A stretch of 64,000 nucleotides of DNA. It comes from Promethearchaeota archaeon Loki_b32. Lineage in GTDB: Archaea; Asgardarchaeota; Lokiarchaeia; Sigyniarchaeales; SOKP01. The stretch's first letter is position 1; every line of letters starts with the position of its first letter. The position numbers and the translations under genes were made by a program. The notes under the pieces were generated by a model, which had not been told where the DNA came from, made no database searches, and worked only from the letters and a program-made list of their open reading frames with translations. This document shows positions 56,407 to 64,000 of the stretch, piece by piece. The DNA is taken from the NCBI GenBank assembly GCA_005223125.1, contig NJBH01000006.1:64001-128000 (forward strand), written 5' to 3'.

Positions 56407-56798
56407 GCCTTTTCTTTGATTTCTTCGATATACATTAAGGGATATTCCAATTCATCAACCCATTCTAATTTAGCTTTTATATTTATAGATTCATACTCAA
56501 TAAATATTTCTGCTTGTATTATTTTACCTGTAATCTCATCATAATCAAATTCTGATTCTTTATTCCCTAGAATTTTATCTCTAACTAAATGAATTTTTAC
56601 CGATTTTACGAAAGGTTGGCATGATATTGCTGATTCAATTCCTTTTTCTATAGAATTAATTATTTTTTCATCGTTTCGAATAGGGATTCCGCTAAGTATA
56701 TGATATAAGGTACCTAATTTAATACCTGTTTCAAAACAAGCTCTTTCTCTCTCACTTAAATCAGGTGAAAAGTAGATTTTTTCATTAGACTTAGGCAT
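56403..56798 (-). CDS. mptD: Archaeal dihydroneopterin aldolase
   Basis: 'ERACFE.GIKLG.LYH...G.P', 'IE.AI..QP', 'YPLM'. Confidence 0.88.
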   Translation of the reverse strand: MPKSNEKIYFSPDLSERERACFETGIKLGTLYHILSGIPIRNDEKIINSIEKGIESAISCQPFVKSVKIHLVRDKILGNKESEFDYDEITGKIIQAEIFIEYESINIKAKLEWVDELEYPLMYIEEIKEKA

Positions 56799-56804
56799 TT
56801 GTGA

Positions 56805-57815
56805 TCAATCTATATATTCTATTTTTGCTCCAGTATTATTAGGCTTACAAATATAGATATGTCCTCTTCCATTCTTTTGACTTTTTTGAACATCTCTCAG
56901 TAATATTTCAGCTTCTTTATCGGATTCTACAATGCCCACTATGCTTGGTCCAAAAGAGGACATACCATAAGCTTTTAATCCTTTATCCTCAAAAAATTTG
57001 AGAAGATCTTTAACAATCTTATGCTGTAATTCAATTTCAATTTTTTTAAATCCTATACCTTGAATTCTTTTTAAACCTTCCCCAAAGCACTCTAAATCAT
57101 TTTTAATAATACCAGGCAATATCTTCATTACCACTTGATGCGATACTTCATTTACTTCATTTTTAGGAATTGGGGCATAATTTTGAAAAACACTGATCTC
57201 TTCATCACCATAAGCACCCTTTTTAACATTAGGAATGACAAGAACAAATCTCCAATCTGCAGGTATATCATGTCTAAAAATGGTTAATGCCGGATTAGTC
57301 GAAGTTGATGCTGAAGATGGTAAAAAAGTTTCTTTTTCTTTCCCATAACCAAAATCATGTCCACCATCTAAAATAAAACCACCGGTTTTGAAACCTCTCC
57401 ATCCAATTCCAGAAGTTCCCCCTCTTTCTACTAATTTAGTTAAATCTTTATGCGTTAAATGACTGAAATCCTTCAATTTCGTTATAGCTGTAGCTATAGC
57501 TAAAGATAATTGTGTTTTTGAGCCTAAACCTACGTGTGATGGAAAATATCTTTTAAGATTGAAATGAAAATTCTTATTGCTAATATTATATCGTTTAAAT
57601 ACCTTAGAAGCTATTTCATTGATTACTTCTATTGATTCTCGATAATATTTATGAGCTTCTATTTTAAATTCTTCAGCACTATTAGAAGCTTCAAAAACTA
57701 CATTAGGACGGTCTAACATAAGACCAATACCGCCATCTACCCTACCGGTGTATCCATTCTCATCTATTAAAGAGAGGTGTATCCTACAAGGGGTTGTTAT
57801 CCTTAAAGAAGTCAT
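56805..57815 (-). CDS. mptG: beta-Ribofuranosylaminobenzene 5'-phosphate (RFAP) synthase, GHMP family
   Basis: 'TPCRIH..L.D..G..GRVDGG.G', 'HVGLGS.TQ', 'RGGTSGIG', 'GMSSFGP'. Confidence 0.92.
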   Translation of the reverse strand: MTSLRITTPCRIHLSLIDENGYTGRVDGGIGLMLDRPNVVFEASNSAEEFKIEAHKYYRESIEVINEIASKVFKRYNISNKNFHFNLKRYFPSHVGLGSKTQLSLAIATAITKLKDFSHLTHKDLTKLVERGGTSGIGWRGFKTGGFILDGGHDFGYGKEKETFLPSSASTSTNPALTIFRHDIPADWRFVLVIPNVKKGAYGDEEISVFQNYAPIPKNEVNEVSHQVVMKILPGIIKNDLECFGEGLKRIQGIGFKKIEIELQHKIVKDLLKFFEDKGLKAYGMSSFGPSIVGIVESDKEAEILLRDVQKSQKNGRGHIYICKPNNTGAKIEYID

Positions 57816-57930
57816 ATTTTTCTTTTTTAAATTAGGGGATTCTAGACTATAAATAAGAATTTTCAAAATAATTTAAATGTATTATAAACTTTTATTCATA
57901 GTTTTTAGAATATAGGAGGATTTAAGTAAT

Positions 57931-59322
57931 TTGAGCGATTTAGAAGGCTTGACTCGGAATTTAATACAAAAGGGATACTCAGAACAACAGATTCTTGAAA
58001 GGATTGTTCAAGAATACCAAGATTTTAAAGATATTGATAATTCTTTAGCAGTTAAGCTTGCTAAAGCAATTTTTGAAGAGTGTATCAAGAGTGATATCAG
58101 ATCTGTATCAGAGCCTTTTGTAAAAGAATTACTTGATATTAATAAGGCAAATGTCTCTATAGGAAAGCAGGGTGTTGGATGTAGAGGTGCAGGAGACTTT
58201 TTCGTCCATAAATTAATAACAGAGTTATCAGAAACAGATTATAAAGCATTTTTATCTCCAACTTCATTAGATGATTCGGGAGCAGTTCGCATGCTAGACA
58301 TTAAAGGATTTAAAGATCAACCATTTGAGCTTGAGGATTTAATAATTGTATCAAAAATGGAGGGAATTCATTCACGCCTCAGCGATTTCCCATTTATTTG
58401 CGGGTTTCATGTAACTCGAGCTGCTTTAAGAGATTTATATGTTAAAGGAGCAAAACCTATATCTATAATGATTGACAGCCATCTTGGGGATGATGCAGAT
58501 GTAGGTAAATTATTTGATTTTATAGCTGGTGTATCTACAATTTCAGATTTAGCGAAAGTTCCAATAACTGCGGGTTCAACATTAAGAATTGGAGGGGATA
58601 TGGTAATCGGTAATAGATTAGTAGGTGGAATAAGCGCAATCGGTATTTGTAGAAGATTATTAGCTAGGAGAAATATACAAGTAGGAGATCGGATCTTAAT
58701 GTCTGAGGGTGCGGGAGGGGGAACTATTACCACTACCGCGATTTATTCTGGAAATCATGAGGTTGTAAGAGAAACGATGAATATTAAATTTCTTGAAGCT
58801 TGTGAAATTATTTTGAACTCTGATTATATCAATGAAATTAGGGCTATGTGTGATGTTACCAATGGAGGCTTAAGAGGAGATCTATATGAAATTAACTATG
58901 AAGCTAATTGTGGAGTTAATATTTATGAGGAAAAGGTAAGAAAGCTTGTAAATCCAATTGTGTTAAATATGTTAGAAAAGGTTGGAGTTGATTATTTAGG
59001 CGTTTCTTTAGATGCTCTTCTAATTTATTGTTCTGAATCGGTGTCAGCAAAAATCATTGCTGATCTCGAAAGAAACAATATAAAATGTAATGAAATAGGT
59101 TATGTAGATAATTCGAACCAAGTTTTTCTAACTTACACAGGTAAAGAAAAAAAAAAAATTTTACCAAAATTCAGAGAATCTGCCTATACTAAAATAAAAC
59201 AAGAGGTTGGAGAAGATAAACCCGAATCCCTCGAAAAAATGGAAAAGAGTATTGAAAGGGCAGCTAAAGAAGCAGTAAAAAAGCGTCAAAGGATAATTGA
59301 ATATATTAAAAAACAGAACTAA
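57931..59322 (+). CDS. AIR synthase/HypE-related archaeal protein
   Basis: 'GVGCRG.GDF..H', 'DDSG', 'EGIHSRL', 'LRDLYV.GA.P', 'DVTNGG'. TTG start with GGAGG SD. Confidence 0.85.
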   Translation: MSDLEGLTRNLIQKGYSEQQILERIVQEYQDFKDIDNSLAVKLAKAIFEECIKSDIRSVSEPFVKELLDINKANVSIGKQGVGCRGAGDFFVHKLITELSETDYKAFLSPTSLDDSGAVRMLDIKGFKDQPFELEDLIIVSKMEGIHSRLSDFPFICGFHVTRAALRDLYVKGAKPISIMIDSHLGDDADVGKLFDFIAGVSTISDLAKVPITAGSTLRIGGDMVIGNRLVGGISAIGICRRLLARRNIQVGDRILMSEGAGGGTITTTAIYSGNHEVVRETMNIKFLEACEIILNSDYINEIRAMCDVTNGGLRGDLYEINYEANCGVNIYEEKVRKLVNPIVLNMLEKVGVDYLGVSLDALLIYCSESVSAKIIADLERNNIKCNEIGYVDNSNQVFLTYTGKEKKKILPKFRESAYTKIKQEVGEDKPESLEKMEKSIERAAKEAVKKRQRIIEYIKKQN

Positions 59323-59334
59323 ATATAATGATTA

Positions 59335-60171
59335 TTAATTTAAGTCTAAGACTTCATTCATTGACCCTGATCTAAAACCTTCAATATCAATTGTTATATA
59401 TGTAAACCCTAGTTCCTTTAATTTACTTTTAATTAATTCCAAATTTTTAGCTGTTAAAACATTAGCTAAATCGTCAGGTAAAAATTCGATACGAGCAAGA
59501 TTTTCTTCATGTAATCTCACCCTTAATTGCCTTAATTCAAATCTATTCTTGAGAAATCTTTCAGCTTCTCTAATCATATCTAGCTTTTTTTCATTTATGA
59601 TTTGACCATAGGGAATTCGTGATGAAAAGCAAGCCATCGATGGCTTGGATTGAACATCCAGATCAAAAAGTTTACTTATTTGACGAATTTCAGTTTTATT
59701 TATATTGTAATCAATGTAGGGTGTGGAAATGTTTAATTCCTTTAATGCTTGCATTCCAGGCCTATAATCCGAAAGATCATCAGCATTTGAACCATCTAAT
59801 ATAATATCAAACTTTTTTAAATTTTTGATTTTAAGTATATCATTATACAGCCCCGTTTTACAAATATAGCACCTATTTGAGGGATTACATTGAAATTCTT
59901 TGTCTTCTAATGGATCACGTTCAATAATTTTATGTTCTATACCATAATTATTAGCAAATTGGGACGCTTCTCTAATTTCTTCCTCAGGATAAAGATTTGA
60001 ACGTTCAGTTATAAGTAACGTATCTTTAGCATACTTATTAGTTAGGAACGCCAAAAGGGAACTGTCAACACCTCCTGAAAAAGCCACAATAACCTTTTTT
60101 CCTTCTAAAAAAGATTTAAGTTTTTTAAGTTTAAGATTTAGATTCTTGGATATTTCCACATTCATTTTCAA
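59335..60171 (-). CDS. larE: ATP-dependent sulfur transferase LarE
   Basis: PP-loop SGGVDS, 'RCYICK', 'DYRPG..A', 'KPSMACFSSRIPYG', 'RVR.H', 'GFRSGSMN'. Confidence 0.92.
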   Translation of the reverse strand: MKMNVEISKNLNLKLKKLKSFLEGKKVIVAFSGGVDSSLLAFLTNKYAKDTLLITERSNLYPEEEIREASQFANNYGIEHKIIERDPLEDKEFQCNPSNRCYICKTGLYNDILKIKNLKKFDIILDGSNADDLSDYRPGMQALKELNISTPYIDYNINKTEIRQISKLFDLDVQSKPSMACFSSRIPYGQIINEKKLDMIREAERFLKNRFELRQLRVRLHEENLARIEFLPDDLANVLTAKNLELIKSKLKELGFTYITIDIEGFRSGSMNEVLDLN

Positions 60172-60262
60172 TATTTTATTATTATATTAAGTTAAATCCT
60201 TTTAACACACTATTTTAAAAAAAAGAAAAAAAAATAAGGTTTGTGATTATTATTTAAAGTTT

Positions 60263-61555
60263 TTAGTAGAAATCTGCTTTAATTTTTTGAAGTTTACTTA
60301 CTTTGTAAAAATTTCCTATCATACTACTACCAAGGATCGCAATTATAATTCCAATAATAACCCAAAAGTAAATTATGTAAGCTAAATTGCTGGTATCAAA
60401 TGGAATAATAGAGATAGTTCCTCCTGAAAAGAGAGAAATTGGAAAGATTTGAGGTGCACTCAAAAGCACTAAGAAAACAGGTACATATGCTATTGAGTAA
60501 AGAGCTTCAATTACTAGCATTACTTGTTGACCAGTATTATTTCTAACTCCAATAATTAATCTAATTAAGTTCATTAATCCACTAATAACCATTAGCAGTC
60601 CAAAGACCTTTAACCACTCCAAGAATTCAGGCTCAAATAATCCCTGAATGTTTGCAAAAGGTTGTATTATAATAAACAATCCGAAAACTAATCCTGCAAT
60701 AGCTCCAAAAATCAATTCTCCAAGTGAAACGGGATGTTTTTTCCCCAATTCCTTTTTCATTCTAGTAGCTTCCTTTCTTTCTTCTTTACGCTGTTTTAAT
60801 CTTTCTAATCTATCTTCTCTTCGCATTTTTGCTTCTAAAAGCTTTTGTTCTCTTCTTAATTCTGCAGCTGCTAATTTCTCTTGCCGTAGATCCTTAATTT
60901 CAGCAAATTTTTCTTCTATTCGTGATCGTGCTTTAGTGATGGTTGCTTTTGCTCTTTGCCTTGCTTCTTCTAATTTAATTTTAGTATATTCTTTTGTTTC
61001 CTGTAATCCTTTTTCCGATATATGGAATGGAAAAATCAACGCCAATCGTGAAGGAATAACTCCAAAATCTTCAGGTAAAAATCCCTCCATAGAAAAATAG
61101 ACAAATAGTACAGTAATCACTATAGCAGTTATCAAGCAACCTATCCACATACCAGTAAACATACCTCCTAAAGTTTTTAGCCAGGTCAATGGTTGGAAGA
61201 TGAATTGAAAAATTGAGACAAGAATATTTATACCTATAACAATTAGAAAGAAAAACAGCATGGTTCCTATATAAAAATCAAGAAGTTCTTCTGTTATGTA
61301 TAATCTTGGTGTGCCTCGACGTTTGTATTCTTTAGCAATGCCCTCAGGTGAACCAATTTGAATTAAAGCTTGCTGTATATCCATATCGGTTGGTTCTTGC
61401 CCATTTGCGATATTTTTTGCTTCATTCAATATCTCCTTTTCTAAATCTTCTAAAATTTTTTTAACTTCCACTTTTTTTAGTTTTAGCCATTCAGGAAGTT
61501 TTTTTCGAACTTGAATAAGATAATTATTTATCATTTCGTACTCAGAATAACTCAT
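60263..61555 (-). CDS. Membrane protein with an N-terminal HAAS-like helical domain and a charged coiled-coil loop
   Basis: 'YL..V.K.LP...EI...A...GSPE.IA..Y' followed by about 6 TM helices. Confidence 0.7.
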   Translation of the reverse strand: MSYSEYEMINNYLIQVRKKLPEWLKLKKVEVKKILEDLEKEILNEAKNIANGQEPTDMDIQQALIQIGSPEGIAKEYKRRGTPRLYITEELLDFYIGTMLFFFLIVIGINILVSIFQFIFQPLTWLKTLGGMFTGMWIGCLITAIVITVLFVYFSMEGFLPEDFGVIPSRLALIFPFHISEKGLQETKEYTKIKLEEARQRAKATITKARSRIEEKFAEIKDLRQEKLAAAELRREQKLLEAKMRREDRLERLKQRKEERKEATRMKKELGKKHPVSLGELIFGAIAGLVFGLFIIIQPFANIQGLFEPEFLEWLKVFGLLMVISGLMNLIRLIIGVRNNTGQQVMLVIEALYSIAYVPVFLVLLSAPQIFPISLFSGGTISIIPFDTSNLAYIIYFWVIIGIIIAILGSSMIGNFYKVSKLQKIKADFY

Positions 61556-61763
61556 TTTTCAACATTCAATTTGTTTTTTATGATTTATGTTTATAATTAG
61601 AGCTAATGCTAGTTATTTATTAAAATTAAGGGAGTCCATTTTTCAAGATCTTTAACATAATTACTTATTCTTATAAAAGGTGGAGCATTCAAAATTTAAC
61701 TTTTACTTTAAAATTCTAAAAATTCAAAATAAAAGAAAAGAAATGTAAGATTAATTCTAATTT

Positions 61764-62543
61764 TTACCACTTAAAATCAGGATTGAAAAAGAGAAGCGAA
61801 TTTAATTTTTGTAATGTAATAAATACTATTACGTAATACCATGCTAGAGAGGAAAACATCATTATCCATTCAAGAAGCTGTCTTGTTAATGGTGCTGGAC
61901 TTATTAGAAATAATAACCCTGCTGTTGACGGTCCGAAAATCATAAAATACCCAACAGTTTTAGGAAAAATTCTTTTCCTTAATACTATAGCTAAACCTGT
62001 GAAAAAAGCACCAACAGCAAATCCACCAAATGCTGATGAAGAGACATAGATATGTAAGACAAATGGAGAACGATCTAAACTAAATACTCCAACAAAAAAC
62101 ATACCTATAACCCCTACTAAAAGACTAGCTACACCAATATATCCAAAAATTCTTCTAAATAGGACAGTGTAATATTCTTTCTTAGAGTTATCTAATTTAT
62201 GATTTTGATGTGTACTATATAATCGACTTAAATTTAAAATTAAAGGTATAACGAAAATAGAACTTAAAATGCATGTGAGATCTAATATAAAGGGAGCAGG
62301 AGTAAATCTTGTCGAACCCAAATCACTTATCCAATTGTCCCAAATACTATACTCAAAGCCTCCAAATCTTATCGCAATTATTAATCCAAAAATTAACCCC
62401 GGTAAAAATGTAAGTAAACTAATGTAAATTGAAATTTTGACAATTTTAGGCTCTGTGAGCTTATCATAAATGTATTTACTGTTTCTTCTCATTTTAATGA
62501 AAATTGGATCTATAAAATCTCTATACGAACTTTTCTGGCCCAT
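61764..62543 (-). CDS. DUF998-like membrane protein
   Basis: 'YS...NWISDLG', 'VGVF', TM His, 'LLEW'. Confidence 0.8.
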   Translation of the reverse strand: MGQKSSYRDFIDPIFIKMRRNSKYIYDKLTEPKIVKISIYISLLTFLPGLIFGLIIAIRFGGFEYSIWDNWISDLGSTRFTPAPFILDLTCILSSIFVIPLILNLSRLYSTHQNHKLDNSKKEYYTVLFRRIFGYIGVASLLVGVIGMFFVGVFSLDRSPFVLHIYVSSSAFGGFAVGAFFTGLAIVLRKRIFPKTVGYFMIFGPSTAGLLFLISPAPLTRQLLEWIMMFSSLAWYYVIVFITLQKLNSLLFFNPDFKW

Positions 62544-62794
62544 ATTATTTTACCCTTATTATTATCTTATTAACATTCCGTAAATATAAAATTTATTCTA
62601 CCCGGAAACTAAATTCAAATTATACTTAACCCGTCTCCTTAAATATAAAATTAAATTACCGTTATTTAATTGTTTTGAAATCGTTAATTCTTCTATAGTT
62701 TAGTAAACAAAAATTGCATTTATAGTATTATATTAATAATATTAATTTATAAACCAAAATCAAATTTTTTATAATAAATTATAATAGAGAGTTC

Positions 62795-64000
62795 TTAAGA
62801 CTTAATTATCACTTTATTATGTTTTGTATCAGAGTCATATCTAACCAGAAAGATTTTACCTACAAGTTCTTGCTTCTCTAGGCCTAAAAGTGTTTCTGAA
62901 TTTGCTGTGATAAAAGCAAAAGTACGTTCTCCGCTTTCTAAGAACCCCCATACAACACCCCATTCTGGTAAGCCTTTTCGATCATAAATAATTGTATAGG
63001 CATCTATTGTAAGATACCCATTCGCTTTTTCTATTGGTTCTGGTAAAATTTTTGCTTCAATTATTTTTTGAGCATCACTGCTTTTTTGTTCTGTCCAAGA
63101 CTTAGCAGGAGGTTCATTTCCATATATCCCAACTGATTCTGATGTATTATATCCTCCATTAGCTAATATCATTATTTTCATCTTTGGGTCTTTTTGGATG
63201 AGATTTACTGCTGAAACAATCGGATGTAGGGAATAACTACTGAAAGGCCCACCAAAAAATGAAAGGCCCCCAGTTATAGTCAAATCGCGTGGATCATCTT
63301 CAGGAATACCAATTTCTTGCCTAGCAATCTCAACCATACAAGGAAAACAGCTATACAGATCAAAAGCATCAATATTATCGAGTGTTAGACCTGCTTGTTT
63401 CAAAGCTAGTCGTGATGCTTCTCTTATTGCTGGAGAATCATATAGCTGAGAACGTTGAGTCATATAAAAAATATTGTTTAGATCAACACCCCCCATTGGA
63501 TAAATCCAGTATTTTCTATCAATACCAAGATCTTGTGCTATTTTTTCATTTGTCATTATAATTGCTGCTGCTTGATCTACATAAAGATTGGCAACCATAC
63601 GTTTTGTGTATGGGTGACACACGATGCGATTATCAGAACTAGGAGTAATTATTTCTTCAGCGTTAAACCGGTTTTGAACCCAAGCATAAGGATTTTCAGA
63701 AGCGACTTCAGAAAAACGTTCATATCGCTTACCTATATGTTCTAAGTGCTCTTTCAAACTTCTACCAGATGCTGCTCTTAAAGCTGTTTCAATTAAAGCG
63801 TAGATATAAGTAGGATTATTTAGCTTATAGCTATTTTCAAACTTACTCAAGTAAAAAATGATTGCTTTACGAGCTTTGTTTGCCGCTCCTGGAGGCGGTT
63901 TTGGCCAATCTAAAGTAACTTTACCTTTATTAGCACGGTATCTAGAATAAGATGCCTCTCCTCCAGCTATAAGTATTGTTTTGCTTTCACCTAAGGATAT
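62795..64000 (-). CDS. Thiolase-like acetyl-CoA acetyltransferase family protein, 5'-partial
   Basis: 'AGGEA', 'PYTK', 'VDQAAA', 'DLYSCFP', 'TGGL.FFGGP'. Frame is open to the window edge. Confidence 0.88.
   Translation of the reverse strand: MSLGESKTILIAGGEASYSRYRANKGKVTLDWPKPPPGAANKARKAIIFYLSKFENSYKLNNPTYIYALIETALRAASGRSLKEHLEHIGKRYERFSEVASENPYAWVQNRFNAEEIITPSSDNRIVCHPYTKRMVANLYVDQAAAIIMTNEKIAQDLGIDRKYWIYPMGGVDLNNIFYMTQRSQLYDSPAIREASRLALKQAGLTLDNIDAFDLYSCFPCMVEIARQEIGIPEDDPRDLTITGGLSFFGGPFSSYSLHPIVSAVNLIQKDPKMKIMILANGGYNTSESVGIYGNEPPAKSWTEQKSSDAQKIIEAKILPEPIEKANGYLTIDAYTIIYDRKGLPEWGVVWGFLESGERTFAFITANSETLLGLEKQELVGKIFLVRYDSDTKHNKVIIKS

Noticed and set aside
2876-63745. Short antisense or overlapping ORFs in the track (e.g. 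3302-3817, 19167-19583, 25380-25808, 30809-31174, 33872-34219, 36219-36530, 60648-61100)
   Set aside because: They are shadows of well-supported genes on the opposite strand or frame, with F/S/L/I-biased composition and no motifs.
1-64000. tRNA/rRNA genes, CRISPR array, transposases or integrases
   Set aside because: I saw no GC-rich structured RNA block, no regularly spaced repeats and no mobile-element ORFs by eye; tRNAscan/Infernal were not run.

Overview
AT-rich archaeal genomic window. Gene content points to an Asgard (Lokiarchaeia-like) archaeon: archaeal AlaRS, DtdA, CofG/H, MptA/D/G, an Arf/Rag-like small GTPase, a longin-like domain, eukaryote-type E1/E2/JAB, and GGTGA/GGAG Shine-Dalgarno motifs. 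From left to right: (1) a thiol-redox cluster (glutaredoxin, ferredoxin:thioredoxin reductase, two PDOs, TrxR, Hsp20); (2) two-component genes next to a small GTPase; (3) three Cys-rich Lrp/AsnC paralogs with ArsR and a ferredoxin; (4) housekeeping genes (dtdA, alaS, ftsZ, EndoQ-like). (5) The highlight, at about 30.4-38.4 kb, is a complete ubiquitin-like conjugation locus. It has two paralogous modifiers with acidic N-tails ending -PASTAG (no GG), a membrane-anchored non-conjugatable copy of the same Ubl domain, a Uba2/Uba3-type E1, an E2 with insertions, a JAMM protease, a ~6-TM variant-RING E3, a wHTH regulator and a long coiled-coil protein. (6) F420/methanopterin biosynthesis genes are interleaved with a CBS-fused amino-acid dehydrogenase, a rubrerythrin, a sulfatase and an uncharacterised glycyl-radical enzyme operon. 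At least three genes appear to need ATT/ATC starts, one NUDIX gene has an internal TAA, and two probable genes are missing from the ORF track. I saw no tRNA, rRNA, CRISPR array or transposase. All calls come from motif recognition by eye; no searches were run.
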